A DNA stretch of 64,000 nucleotides, from IMG/VR virus record IMGVR_UViG_3300028588_000820. One strand, 5' to 3'. Made by a program: the position numbers and the translations under genes. This document shows, piece after piece, positions 36,081 through 46,300 of the stretch. The notes under the pieces are model-generated. The model was not told the origin of the DNA. It worked only from the letters and a program-made list of their open reading frames with translations, and did not search any database. The DNA is from a virus. Position 1 is the first letter of the stretch. The number at the start of each line of letters is the position of its first letter.

Positions 36081-37748
36081 TTACAACAAATGTTGTGCCT
36101 TTTCGCATCGTGATAACCACCCTTTTAGGTACTTGCCGAACTTACTAGGGTTGCCATTTGCCAAGTCGTTGTAGTAGTTCTTCATCTCATTTATGTAGCG
36201 TTTTGCTGCTGCTTTGCAATCGGCCTCACTCATGCCTTTTGCTTTTGAGATTGCCGCGCTTAGACTCGATGCACCAACCGCGCCTTGCAACATTCTCGAT
36301 GCGGCTCCTGGACCAGGGTTCACGCATGCGTTGAAGTGAATCGCACATAACGGTGAAGGCAAATCCTGGCATTTGTTCTTTGTCCAGTACGTGGTTTGGT
36401 AAATGCTTTTAGCTCCATCAAGAGCCAATGATGTTACGTTAGTCGATGTGTTGAATTTCTTAGCTACACCATACTTCGTCTCACCGCCAGTGTCGGTCAC
36501 ATAGCCAACTTTGCGTCGTTGAGTGTATGTACCAATCAATCCCTGTTGAGTCTCTGGATCGTTTGGATTGAACCAAGGACCGACCTCTTCCTTCATCACG
36601 AAAGCGTAAGCGTCAGGCCAGCATTCGCCTGTTTTCTCGCTTGACGTATCCATCGGAGTCGATTCGCCCGGTCCAGGATTTCCTGGCTCTGGTTTGTATC
36701 CGTCGCACTTGTTATCCGCCATCGCTGGAGTGATAGCAACAGCTTTGCCGTTGTCCACCGTTTTCGCTGTTGCTGGGTTAGGAGTACTTGGGTCCGGATC
36801 AGCGCCAGAGTCAAGTGCTTGTCGAATCGTATCATCGTCAAAAGTAACTTGGCCGCTGATGAATGCTGCCGGATCGTAGACTGCTGCCGCTTTGTTACCA
36901 GAAGCGAACTCAGGGCTTCGAATCTCAAAGTGAAGGTGTGCACCACGAGAAACGCCTGTGTTGCCCTCGACCCCAATAAAGTCGCCAGCGGATACTTGCT
37001 GGCCAACCTTTACCGCGACAGATGATAGGTGGCCATAGACTGAAATGCAAACCTTTTTGCCAGCGGCATTCTTATGACCAATGTAAACCACGTTGCCATA
37101 GCCAGATGCTGATCCGTCTGACACTGCACGAATGACTTCACCAGTGGCAGCTGCACGAACGTTGCCAATCTTGCCACCCGGATAAGCCAAGTCGATGCCC
37201 TTGTGGGGACGACCACGTTTTGGATCAGACCAAATCTTGGTGCCATCTACAGATGCGGTACAACGACACGTAATAACTGACCCTGGCATTGGATGAATAA
37301 ACTTGATGCTATCATCATCGGATGCTTTTGAAGCAACTAACTGAAAAGCTTTTGAATCCATCGCTGCACCTTCTGCACCATATGCGGTGATTGTTGTTGA
37401 GTATTTACCTTCATAGCTGATCGTACCGGAGAACTTGCCAGTAGCCGAGTCAAAGGTCAAGCCAGGAATTGAAGTGCCGCTTTCCCAACGTGAGACGGTT
37501 GGTGAGCCGGGCGTCATTTCCATTTTGGTAGTGACCGAAAGGTCCGTACCGACTGGGATAGAAATATTTTGAATCTTACCTTTTTCCGGAGGGCCGCCAG
37601 CTAATTCTTGTTCGGCATTGCCGGCTCTAGCTAAATAGCCTTCGTCGCATTCGCCTGGTTGTTTGTATGTAGGCGAGGAGTAATTATCCTCGTTCAGCAC
37701 CCATGGATCACCCGGTGCAATTTTCTTGCCATTACCGCTGCAGCTCAT
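36081..37748 (-). CDS. multidomain peptidoglycan hydrolase: Ig-like, M23 peptidase, GH108-like muramidase
   Basis: PGLTFDxxTGxFSGT; HKGID...HLHFE; GYxxDTGGETKYGV...KYLKGWLSR. Confidence 0.85.
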   Translation of the reverse strand: MSCSGNGKKIAPGDPWVLNEDNYSSPTYKQPGECDEGYLARAGNAEQELAGGPPEKGKIQNISIPVGTDLSVTTKMEMTPGSPTVSRWESGTSIPGLTFDSATGKFSGTISYEGKYSTTITAYGAEGAAMDSKAFQLVASKASDDDSIKFIHPMPGSVITCRCTASVDGTKIWSDPKRGRPHKGIDLAYPGGKIGNVRAAATGEVIRAVSDGSASGYGNVVYIGHKNAAGKKVCISVYGHLSSVAVKVGQQVSAGDFIGVEGNTGVSRGAHLHFEIRSPEFASGNKAAAVYDPAAFISGQVTFDDDTIRQALDSGADPDPSTPNPATAKTVDNGKAVAITPAMADNKCDGYKPEPGNPGPGESTPMDTSSEKTGECWPDAYAFVMKEEVGPWFNPNDPETQQGLIGTYTQRRKVGYVTDTGGETKYGVAKKFNTSTNVTSLALDGAKSIYQTTYWTKNKCQDLPSPLCAIHFNACVNPGPGAASRMLQGAVGASSLSAAISKAKGMSEADCKAAAKRYINEMKNYYNDLANGNPSKFGKYLKGWLSRCEKAQHLL

Positions 37749-38044
37749 TTATCACCCGACTTTTTCTTTTGTTCGTCTTGAATCTTCTTCACTGTTCGGA
37801 GGTTTGATTCAAGAATGTTTGTACGACCTTCTGATCTTGCTAACCAGTCCGCTACGTCCTTTTGGGATGCTGCATTGAGGTCGATCGGCTGGACCTTCTC
37901 AGGAATCGCCAGGGCGTCCTCAGGGATCGGTGCCGCTACGTATTTGTATTGCACCACCACGCTAGGCTCAACTTTAGCAGGCGGCGTCGTACCACAGCCA
38001 GCCAACGCTAGTACTGTGGTGATAATCAGGAGAAACTTTTTCAT
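37745..38044 (-). CDS. o-spanin (Rz1-like lipoprotein)
   Basis: LAGC lipobox, Pro-rich, coupled to i-spanin. Confidence 0.8.
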   Translation of the reverse strand: MKKFLLIITTVLALAGCGTTPPAKVEPSVVVQYKYVAAPIPEDALAIPEKVQPIDLNAASQKDVADWLARSEGRTNILESNLRTVKKIQDEQKKKSGDK

Positions 38045-38517
38045 TCTGCTTCCTCTCTATCTTTTTGAATCGTCGCAATCGTATCTTTGAGAACTTTGGC
38101 AAGTGGACCGTCATCTTCTGGCTTGGATTGCGCAATAGTTTCACGAATGGTGACGACTTTGGTGTGAATTACTTCCTTGACCTTCTTCAACTCTTCAATC
38201 TGATTTTTTGAATCTATCGCAGCAACAGATAGGTGTTCGATAGTCACTTGATTTTCTTCGTTGACGCTTACCGCAGCAGCAACATCAAGTTTGAGTTGAC
38301 TGTTCAATTTGTTTGCAGTATTCAACTTAGAAACAAGTGCGGTGTTCTGTTGTTTCAAATCGTCAAATGATTCTTTAACTTTCAGGCCACCGTATAAAGC
38401 AAATGCACATAGAAGGATTGCAATAGCTTGCTTTGGGTATTTGACGATGAAAGAGATAACTGATTTGAAACCAGAGATGATGGAATCACTAAGTGATTTT
38501 AGGAATAGGAAGTACAT
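38041..38517 (-). CDS. i-spanin (Rz-like)
   Basis: TM plus coiled coil; AGAGG SD before ATG38517; TATAAATA at 38541. Confidence 0.75.
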   Translation of the reverse strand: MYFLFLKSLSDSIISGFKSVISFIVKYPKQAIAILLCAFALYGGLKVKESFDDLKQQNTALVSKLNTANKLNSQLKLDVAAAVSVNEENQVTIEHLSVAAIDSKNQIEELKKVKEVIHTKVVTIRETIAQSKPEDDGPLAKVLKDTIATIQKDREEAE

Positions 38518-38585
38518 ACATGTGCCTCTTGTTTTTTGGATATTTATACAAAAATGGCCGGACAAAAGCCCGGCCATAATGCTAC

Positions 38586-38918
38586 TTACTTCTTAGGCTT
38601 TACTGTTGGCTTAGTGCCGCGGTTAAAGCCCGAGTCAACTGCGAAACCGGTAGTAAGGCCGGCGTAGATGACGGCGAACATGTTCATATCTGGAGTGATT
38701 AGGCCTGCGCCCAATGCACCAATGATTGCTGAACCTAGTGCGCCAAAGGTGAGGATGGTTGCACGAAGGTCGTCCTTACCAAACCATTCGTGAACTCTGG
38801 ATGTAGTTTCGTCTAATGCCCATTTTTTAGCATAGTGAGCCACCATGCCTATAACGCTTGACCCAACAAAAACTGCGTGGGTTGCGGTAAACATACCCGC
38901 TGTTAGAGCATCTGCCAT
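38586..38918 (-). CDS. probable holin
   Basis: ~3 hydrophobic segments, basic C-terminus, adjacent to spanins. Confidence 0.6.
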   Translation of the reverse strand: MADALTAGMFTATHAVFVGSSVIGMVAHYAKKWALDETTSRVHEWFGKDDLRATILTFGALGSAIIGALGAGLITPDMNMFAVIYAGLTTGFAVDSGFNRGTKPTVKPKK

Positions 38919-38929
38919 GTTAATTCTCC

Positions 38930-39892
38930 TTAGAAGTTAGTGTTTGTGGTAAAGACTGGGGTAGCAATACCAGTCAATACCGAAGCCGCTTTCGTAAATC
39001 CGAATGTGGCACTTGTTCCAGCTCTTACAGAGTCATAGAACGAGTTCGTGTGTTGGTCAGTCAAGAGAACACGAATCTTGACTGCTGTACCATTGCCACC
39101 ATTAACACCAGCAATCGAGAGTGCTGCCGCTTGGACAAGCACGTCATTTGCAGAGTAAGCACCAGCTGCGATGTTCGTTCCGTCAAGGACGTTTTGATAC
39201 GCGGCCGTTAAGTTGTAGTAGCCAATTGCTGCTGGCGTACCACCAGAACCTGAACGAGATGTCGATCGAGCACCGATCTTGATAGTACCTAGGGCACTTA
39301 ATACGTTCGTCCAAAATGTGTCTTGTGGTGATGCAGTGCTAGCATGAGCCATCACCAGGTTTATACTGCCGCCAGAGTTGAAGAAGAATCTTGCTGCATC
39401 TTCTGACGGAAATGCCGCGGTCACTTCACATGTGATGCCGCCAGTGCTTGTACCCCAAGCTGCGGTTCGTGATACCGACAAAGCGCTCGGGGTAACTGCC
39501 ATATTTGCAGCGGCAGCAACCAGACGATTTGCATCGATAGTACTCGCGTATGATGCAAGTACTGCATGAGCTGCGGTATTCACATTGGCTCCCGGAGTAA
39601 AGATCGAGGCGACCGGCAAAGTGGTTTGTGAAGTTCCTTGGTATGAACAAATCGCCGAGATTGCTGAACGTAAGTCAAGAAAATCTTGCGCTCTGATCGG
39701 GTTGCCAGCTGATACGCTATTCAGCGCTGGCGAAGTTTGTCCATATCCGCGATCGCCGTACCCAACACCGTATAGCGCAGCAACCTTAGCTGTTGCGGCA
39801 ATCGATGATGGGTATGCGGATGTTGCATTGATCGTACCAGCAATATCGTTGAAGTCAGATGCTAAGATATTGCTTCCAGATGTTATAGTCAT
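38930..39892 (-). CDS. virion structural (tail/fibre-associated) protein
   Basis: A/G/S/T-rich, FxSxDAARFFFNSGG motif. Confidence 0.65.
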   Translation of the reverse strand: MTITSGSNILASDFNDIAGTINATSAYPSSIAATAKVAALYGVGYGDRGYGQTSPALNSVSAGNPIRAQDFLDLRSAISAICSYQGTSQTTLPVASIFTPGANVNTAAHAVLASYASTIDANRLVAAAANMAVTPSALSVSRTAAWGTSTGGITCEVTAAFPSEDAARFFFNSGGSINLVMAHASTASPQDTFWTNVLSALGTIKIGARSTSRSGSGGTPAAIGYYNLTAAYQNVLDGTNIAAGAYSANDVLVQAAALSIAGVNGGNGTAVKIRVLLTDQHTNSFYDSVRAGTSATFGFTKAASVLTGIATPVFTTNTNF

Positions 39893-39913
39893 ATAGGTAT
39901 AGGCCTTTAAAAA

Positions 39914-41578
39914 TTACGCGTAGACTGCTGGGAAAACTTGCTTCCAAGCTGAGCCGTCATACACCGAAATCACACCAGAGAGGACGCGTACGTCGCCTGT
40001 TTTTGCTGCGGTTGGGTTGACGCGGGATACGCCTAGATTTGTTGCGGCGGCTTCTGCGGTAGTTGCACCGGTACCGCCATTCGCGACAGCGACAGTGCCC
40101 GTGACATTACGTGAGTTGATCGGCCAGTTAACACCAAAATTAGTCGTGTCTACCATCGCTAGTAGTCCCGACGAGTCTGCAGCCCAGCCAATATAAATCT
40201 TGTTGCCGCTATGACCGGTACCACCGCCTTGTTGAATTGGAGTGAAACCTAGCGCAGCCTGAGCACCAAGATTTGTACGAGCTTGTGCAGCATTTGTTGC
40301 GCCAGTGCCGCCATTAGTGACAGCGACAGTACCAGTAACGTTTGTGGCCGTACCAGAGATATTCGAATCGGTGTATGCTAGGGTTTTGGTTGTCCAAGCT
40401 GTACCATCTGCTGGAGCCCACTTGTGTTCAATGTACTGGCTAGCTTTATTCAAATACAGTGAATTGAAACCACCACCAGTTGCATCGGTATATGTGGATA
40501 GGTCAATGATGTCTGCATAGCCTTGCGCAGAGTTTGCGTCATTTGCCGAACCAAAGCGGAATCTAGCACCACGAGCATAACCAATACCGGTAAGCGGATT
40601 AGTAATGTTTCTTAGATCAATAGCAGAAATACCAGCCGCATCGTACTGTCCAACAAAATAAGCACCTTTAGTCGGCACGTATGACAAGGCATCAATTACG
40701 TTGTTTGAAGAAATTTCACTGCGAATTGTAGCGGATGATTTATTTTCGACGTTACTAAGTGCCACGTCAGCTTTGGTCAATGTCACTGCTCCAGTACGTC
40801 CAGAAACAGATTGAACGGGAGCCGCAGCTGATGCTCGAGCGTTCGTGAAGTAAAGATTTGTACCTTCAGCAACATCGGCGGTGTTCAGCGTAACAGCTCC
40901 GGTACGACCAGCTACGGACTGAACTACGTCCGAAGGTGTTAGAAGCTCTTGCCAATCCTCTAAAGTGGCCGCGTTGGTTCCTTTTAGGATAAACGATTTG
41001 CGCAGATCGGTGCGCACAGCAACGTCACCAGTTTGCGCGACTAGTGCAAGCATTGCTGCTTGAGTAGCAACGACGAATGTATCAGTTAATGCGATTGATG
41101 GGAGTTGCGAAGATAGAATCTTACCGTTTCCATCGAGAGTAGCCACGCCATTTGGCGATCCGTTTGATGCGGAATTTGTTGGGGTGAATCCAAGCGCGGC
41201 AGTCACGTTAGCCGAGGTGAGCTCTGAGCGAATTGTCGCCGATGATTTATTCTCAACGTTAGCAAGACCAACATCCGTCTTCGTCAGTGTGACTGCACCA
41301 GTACGCCCAGCGACCGATTGAACCGGGGCTGCAGCCGAGGCGCGAGCGTTGGTGAAATAAAGATTTGTGCCTTCAGTAACATCGGAGGTGCTTAGTACGA
41401 CTTCACCAGTGCGGCCAGCAACAGAAAGAACTGGACCAATCTCAACGACCGTATTATTCTTTTTCAGGAATAGTTTACCATCAGTTGTATTGATTGCGAG
41501 TTCGCCGAGTTGTAGATCAGCAGCTAACGGGATTTTTGCAGCGACTGAGGAACGCTTTAATAGAATCTGTGTTGCCAT
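39914..41578 (-). CDS. tail fibre protein
   Basis: KRSS...GELAINTTDGKLF N-terminus; VxSVAGRTGAVTL and VAVxNGGTGAT repeats. Confidence 0.85.
   Translation of the reverse strand: MATQILLKRSSVAAKIPLAADLQLGELAINTTDGKLFLKKNNTVVEIGPVLSVAGRTGEVVLSTSDVTEGTNLYFTNARASAAAPVQSVAGRTGAVTLTKTDVGLANVENKSSATIRSELTSANVTAALGFTPTNSASNGSPNGVATLDGNGKILSSQLPSIALTDTFVVATQAAMLALVAQTGDVAVRTDLRKSFILKGTNAATLEDWQELLTPSDVVQSVAGRTGAVTLNTADVAEGTNLYFTNARASAAAPVQSVSGRTGAVTLTKADVALSNVENKSSATIRSEISSNNVIDALSYVPTKGAYFVGQYDAAGISAIDLRNITNPLTGIGYARGARFRFGSANDANSAQGYADIIDLSTYTDATGGGFNSLYLNKASQYIEHKWAPADGTAWTTKTLAYTDSNISGTATNVTGTVAVTNGGTGATNAAQARTNLGAQAALGFTPIQQGGGTGHSGNKIYIGWAADSSGLLAMVDTTNFGVNWPINSRNVTGTVAVANGGTGATTAEAAATNLGVSRVNPTAAKTGDVRVLSGVISVYDGSAWKQVFPAVYA
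40673..41431 (-). repeat. ~84-codon internal duplication in the tail fibre
   Basis: aa 50-133 resemble aa 219-302, with many synonymous differences. Confidence 0.85.
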
Positions 41579-41598
41579 TATATTTTTCCTTTAGAAAG

Positions 41599-41628
41599 AA
41601 AAATGGCTAGCCAATAAGGCTAGCCATT
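41599..41628 (-). terminator. intrinsic terminator
   Basis: AATGGCTAGCC-AATAA-GGCTAGCCATT with U-run on - strand. Confidence 0.75.
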
Positions 41629-41668
41629 CCGTAGTTATTTATTAACTAGTGCAAATACTTGGAGTCGC

Positions 41669-41989
41669 TTAAAAGCTACCACCATCAATCACCGAAACCT
41701 TATCATTCACAAATTCTTGAGTTGCGACAATGTTCGTATTGACTGCTAGAGAAACATCGCCTGATGAACCACCGCCAGTCAAGCCGTTGCCGGCCGTGAT
41801 TTTGGTGATGTCACCGGTGACCCATTTACTGCCGTTGTGAACGTAAAAACCAGCGTCAAACCCAGTGATAGATTGTGTCAAGTAGAACATACGACCTTGA
41901 TCACCATCTAATGGGAATGTGGTACCAGATTCAACGTGTGAATTAGCGATGACCGAGTTATCGATCAATAAGATTCCGTCGATTAGCAT
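41669..41989 (-). CDS. small fibre-related protein
   Basis: ITAGNGLTGGG motif, ends IDGGSF. Confidence 0.7.
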   Translation of the reverse strand: MLIDGILLIDNSVIANSHVESGTTFPLDGDQGRMFYLTQSITGFDAGFYVHNGSKWVTGDITKITAGNGLTGGGSSGDVSLAVNTNIVATQEFVNDKVSVIDGGSF

Positions 41990-42011
41990 TTGATTTCCTT
42001 TATGTTACCAA

Positions 42012-42230
42012 TTACACCAAGCGTGCTTGACCGGTACGTGGAGTCGAGAAGTGAATCTCGCAAGTATTTTCGTCAATCACCTTAACTGCTTTTGGGATGA
42101 TTTTTTGTAGCGAACCTTCGTAGTCCACCATCACATCAACGATTGGGAAGTTGTGAAGGTAGTGGTTAACAACCCAAACAGTCGCTGGGGTTGTTTGAAC
42201 GTGGTTGTATGACAATAGTGCTGCTGGCAT
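42012..42230 (-). CDS. small virion protein (single HNL-type module)
   Basis: WVVNHYL..P.VDV...IIP...DEN...F..P..G.A.L. Confidence 0.75.
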   Translation of the reverse strand: MPAALLSYNHVQTTPATVWVVNHYLHNFPIVDVMVDYEGSLQKIIPKAVKVIDENTCEIHFSTPRTGQARLV

Positions 42231-42240
42231 AGCCTTCTCC

Positions 42241-42843
42241 TTAGATTAGACGAGCGTTACCGACGTATGGCTGAGTGAAAGTCACTGTGACCTGGAAGTT
42301 GCTATCGTGAACGATCGATTGCGGCTGAACTTCTTCGTTACCGATGAAGATACGGACCACTGGGTGGTAGCCGAGGTTGTGCGGGATAACCCAAGTTGCT
42401 GATGGGTTGGTTTGCGCATGTTCGTACGAATACATTGGGCGTGGAGTACCCATAGTAGCGCCGATAAGAACAGCTGCACGACCTGAAACCGGAGCACCAA
42501 AATACACTTTAACTTGATCATCAGAGATGATTTCGATTTCGTCTGGAATGACTAGACGTTGATCGGCGCCGTAAACTTGAACGGTTGGCAGAGTGGTGTG
42601 TAGATTGTGGTTGATGACCCATTCTTTTGCTGCAACGGTTTGGGTGAATTCGAATGACTCGACTTCCTTAGTTAGCGGAACCCAAACAGGTAGGCCGCCG
42701 TCAATGGAAACGCAGATGTACAGACGTTTTTGCCAAAACACTAGACGACCTGGGACTGGTAGGCTAGGGAAATATGATTCAACAGAAAGAGCAACTTCTT
42801 GTAGCTCGTTTTGCTGCATGTTGATGTTACCAAATGATTTCAT
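42241..42843 (-). CDS. virion protein with two HNL-type modules
   Basis: WVINHNL and WVIPHNL repeats. Confidence 0.75.
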   Translation of the reverse strand: MKSFGNINMQQNELQEVALSVESYFPSLPVPGRLVFWQKRLYICVSIDGGLPVWVPLTKEVESFEFTQTVAAKEWVINHNLHTTLPTVQVYGADQRLVIPDEIEIISDDQVKVYFGAPVSGRAAVLIGATMGTPRPMYSYEHAQTNPSATWVIPHNLGYHPVVRIFIGNEEVQPQSIVHDSNFQVTVTFTQPYVGNARLI

Positions 42844-42866
42844 CGTTTTTTCTCCGAGTTGATGAT

Positions 42867-42893
42867 AAAACGGGCCTCCAATAGGAGGCCCGT
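42867..42893 (-). terminator. intrinsic terminator
   Basis: ACGGGCCTCC-AATA-GGAGGCCCGT with U-run on - strand. Confidence 0.8.
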
Positions 42894-42939
42894 GAATTTC
42901 CTATTACTTAACGCTTACTGCAAAACCACCAGAGGTGAT

Positions 42940-44868
42940 TTAGACTAGATCGACGCCTAGACCCATCACAACAACTTTGCAAGCTAGTGCGACGTTGAAG
43001 GTCACGGTTAGCTGGGTAGCTGAGTCGAAGATGACTGCTTGTGGGATGATCTGCTCGTTGGTTTCAGAGTCGATCACGGTCACGTTGCAGAAACGGCTAC
43101 CGATGTTGTGAACAACAGCGTGTGAAGTAGCTTCCACACCGTCGTATAGGAAGTAACCTTTAGCTAGCTTAGCAGCAAGTGCAGCTTCTGCTTCGGTAGC
43201 GCGGGTAACTTCGGTTGCTAGATCAGCAGCGATTGCTTTCTCTGCAGTGTCAGCACGTAGTGCTTCAGCAGCGATCGCATCAGCGTTAGCTAGTTCAGCA
43301 GCTTCAGCACGCACCTTTTCAGCAGCGATAGCGTCAGCATTTGCCTTTTCAGCAGCTTCAGCGCGGACCTTTTCGTCAGCAACCGCAGTAGCGTTTGCAG
43401 CGATAGAAGCCACGACAGCGTCGGAGACCTTGATACCACCAGTGCCACGGGTGATGGTGTTGCCATCTAGCTTCACAGCTAGTTGAGCCGCGGTACCGGT
43501 TGAATCGGTTGAGCCATCTTCGGTTAGGAATAGACCACCAGTGCCTAGAACGTCGACACCAACTTCATCCGATGGTAGCTGTGCAATACCAGCACCTAGG
43601 TTAACGTCGATTTGGTTGCCGTTCTTTGATAGACCAACACCAGCAGCAAGCTGACCACCGCCAGTGAACTGGACGAATTGTGGAACCACACCACCGGCGT
43701 CGGCGCTGTAGACCATATTGACCACGTAACCGGTTTCGGTATCCTTAGCGAAGAATGCATCGCCTTCTTTTAGCTCAACGGTGTCTAGTGCAGCGATGCC
43801 ACCAGGTTCGCCGTAGAACTTAGCGTTATCAAAGACGTAAATCTTGTTGGTTTCTAGCACAGCGATACGAGTACCGTCAATGTAGCTCTCAGCTAGACCG
43901 CCATTAGCGAGTTCTAGAGTTTCTGGAGAGAAATCAACCGCCTTCAACCATGATAGACCAGCTAGTAGGTTGTCAACGTAGTTCTTGCTTGCTGCGTCGT
44001 CAGCTTGAGTTGGAGCAGCAAGACCGATGATCTTGTTACCACCCATTGCCAACTGACCAGTCATCGAGTCACCAGCTTTGGAGACTTTTAGGTCGATTGC
44101 AAGTTGTAGTGCAGTCTTAGCAGCTTCTAGGTCAGCCGAAGCTTCGCCTTCTGCAGCTAGACGAGCTAGGATTTCTTCAGCTAGGTCGTCAGCGATTGCT
44201 TGTTCAGCAGCTTCTGCGCGATCCTTTTCTGCGGTCACTAGGCCTTCGATGCGAGCTTCTTCACCGGTTGCACGAGTAACTTCAGCAGCTAGGTCGGTAG
44301 CAGCTTTGTCAGCGGTCGCCTTAACAGCGTCGATTTGACCTTGGACTGGAGCAGTCACGCCAACTAGGTGGTTGACTTCAGCAGCGGTTGCGGTCACATC
44401 GGAGATGTCAGCTAGGACTGGAGTGTGGTTGATCCACTTACCAGAGACAGCGTCGAAACGTAGGAACTGACCAGTACCAGGTGCGTTTAGCGCAACATCT
44501 AGTAGCTTGGATAGTGAGTCCTTACCAGCGACGGAATCGCCTAGTTTGTTGATTGCATCAGTGATGCTTGATGCAGCAACTGCGGTGATAGCACCAGCGT
44601 TGAAGCCACCAGTTGCGGTGATTGCGCCGCCTAGGGATGCTTCTAGGTTGTCAACTTCGGTCTGTAGGCTTGCTGCGTCACCACCAGTAGCTAGGGCAAC
44701 CCATGCCAAACCAGTGTTCATGTAGAACAGCTTGTCGACAGTGTTGTAGATCAAACGACCGGCTTCAGCAGCGTGGAAAGTTGGAGTAGCGGCTAGGCGC
44801 TCAACAACTAGATTCTGAACTTCTGATTGACCAAGTGCGTTTAGGGTAATGTTGCCATTAAATTTCAT
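42940..44868 (-). CDS. fibre/whisker-like coiled-coil virion protein
   Basis: AExxRAxAAE repeats, GDxMTGxLxM, DAASKNYVD, C-terminal HNI module. Confidence 0.8.
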   Translation of the reverse strand: MKFNGNITLNALGQSEVQNLVVERLAATPTFHAAEAGRLIYNTVDKLFYMNTGLAWVALATGGDAASLQTEVDNLEASLGGAITATGGFNAGAITAVAASSITDAINKLGDSVAGKDSLSKLLDVALNAPGTGQFLRFDAVSGKWINHTPVLADISDVTATAAEVNHLVGVTAPVQGQIDAVKATADKAATDLAAEVTRATGEEARIEGLVTAEKDRAEAAEQAIADDLAEEILARLAAEGEASADLEAAKTALQLAIDLKVSKAGDSMTGQLAMGGNKIIGLAAPTQADDAASKNYVDNLLAGLSWLKAVDFSPETLELANGGLAESYIDGTRIAVLETNKIYVFDNAKFYGEPGGIAALDTVELKEGDAFFAKDTETGYVVNMVYSADAGGVVPQFVQFTGGGQLAAGVGLSKNGNQIDVNLGAGIAQLPSDEVGVDVLGTGGLFLTEDGSTDSTGTAAQLAVKLDGNTITRGTGGIKVSDAVVASIAANATAVADEKVRAEAAEKANADAIAAEKVRAEAAELANADAIAAEALRADTAEKAIAADLATEVTRATEAEAALAAKLAKGYFLYDGVEATSHAVVHNIGSRFCNVTVIDSETNEQIIPQAVIFDSATQLTVTFNVALACKVVVMGLGVDLV

Positions 44869-44936
44869 GTAGAACTCCTTAAGTGGTTGTTGTAATGCTT
44901 GATACGAAATTACAGTTCAAAGCTATACATTATTTT

Positions 44937-45167
44937 TTATGGACGACGGGTCGCAGTCGTCAACTGCTTGATAGCGGTGTTGAACGCGACTGGTTCCACT
45001 CGTAGGTTGCCTAGATCGTAGTCGTCAACGATGCTTTGGTCGACGTTAGGGAAAACGAATGTGCCTTTGTTGCCATTCTTTTCGATGTGGGACATTTTGA
45101 CGCCTAGCACCTTTAGTGCTGCGGCAAGGATAATATCAGTGGTGCTTAGTTCCATTTTGTTTCTCAA
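44937..45167 (-). CDS. small protein (DUF5659-like)
   Basis: TTDIILAAALKVLG motif. Confidence 0.6.
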   Translation of the reverse strand: MRNKMELSTTDIILAAALKVLGVKMSHIEKNGNKGTFVFPNVDQSIVDDYDLGNLRVEPVAFNTAIKQLTTATRRP

Positions 45168-45178
45168 TTAGAATTGGA

Positions 45179-46288
45179 TTAGTTGTTTTTGTAAAACATC
45201 ATGTTCACGCGTCCTGATTGAGGAGAACCGAATTTCAATGTCACAGTGTTGTCATCGACTAATTGCGCTGAGTCAGGCTGAAACATAAAACCGTTTTCAT
45301 CAAATACGTGAAACATTAGATTTTTACTGTTTTTATTATGTTCTATGACCCACTCTCGCATAGGTTCGGTGGCGATGAAAGTGTATCCAGATGGGGTAGA
45401 AACGCCGCTTCCTGGAGTACCACCTACCGAAATGTCATCGATCTGTGATTGCAGATCGTCAACATCTTGATGCAAACCCTGTACTTGAGCATTGATATTA
45501 TTTATCGAATTGCCAAGAAATTCAAGAACAGATTGCACATTTCGAGCCATCGTCTCAGGTAGATTCGTGAATGAACCTGGATCGATATTGATTTCGCGTG
45601 CTAAGTGCTTGTAAGAGTTGCTTACGAAAATGTGGTTTCGAACTTGAGCAGCAAGAGCTGCCAAATCTATGCCATTAATTTTTCCGCCAACAGTTAAATC
45701 GCCGATAACGTTTAGCGTTGATGCTGTTGTGGTTCCTGCTGCGTCAACCTTTAGGACTGCAGCAGTTGGATCACCAGGCACCAGTGAGATGACAAGTAGA
45801 TCAGAGGTCGGTGCTTTTTGATTTGCACCCGGACCAATCCAAAGAGCGGGTTGATCCACTGCTTGCGCAGTTAAGTGTAGGTTGTTGGCTTGGGTAGTCG
45901 TTGAGTTGACATACGTATGCGTGCCACCAACGATTAAGTCCCCACCAATAGTAACGGCACCGGTGGTCGCGTCAATCTTAAACGAAATGCCAGGCGCGTT
46001 CGGAGCATCGATAATGAAGTCACGACCTGGGATCAAATTGATGATCGCTGGTTCGCCGGCTTCCGAGCTGTTGTCGTACGATTTCTGAAGGCTAATCAGC
46101 TTCAGAGTTCCACCACCAGTTGTTGTACCGTCAGCGAAAACTAGGTCTTTACCGTTTACCGTAAAGCCAGGTCCAGCGACACCACCAATGTTAATGATTG
46201 CGCCATCTGGGAGACCGGATGGGAAACCAGAACTTGTGTCTAGGAATAATGGGCGGTACACTGTGACCGCTAGGTTATTTTCTGCCAT
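45179..46288 (-). CDS. fibre-like virion protein
   Basis: Beta-rich, short coiled coil, C-terminal WVIEHNK module. Confidence 0.7.
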   Translation of the reverse strand: MAENNLAVTVYRPLFLDTSSGFPSGLPDGAIINIGGVAGPGFTVNGKDLVFADGTTTGGGTLKLISLQKSYDNSSEAGEPAIINLIPGRDFIIDAPNAPGISFKIDATTGAVTIGGDLIVGGTHTYVNSTTTQANNLHLTAQAVDQPALWIGPGANQKAPTSDLLVISLVPGDPTAAVLKVDAAGTTTASTLNVIGDLTVGGKINGIDLAALAAQVRNHIFVSNSYKHLAREINIDPGSFTNLPETMARNVQSVLEFLGNSINNINAQVQGLHQDVDDLQSQIDDISVGGTPGSGVSTPSGYTFIATEPMREWVIEHNKNSKNLMFHVFDENGFMFQPDSAQLVDDNTVTLKFGSPQSGRVNMMFYKNN

Positions 46289-46300
46289 CTATTCTCTCCA

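Noticed and set aside
40673-41431. Tail-fibre duplication as DGR template/variable repeat
   Set aside because: Both copies are in-frame coding, differences are mostly synonymous and not adenine-specific, and no RT is present in the window
42940-44868. Abundant TAG triplets suggesting stop-codon recoding
   Set aside because: They are the reverse complement of CTA Leu codons; long ORFs translate intact in the standard code
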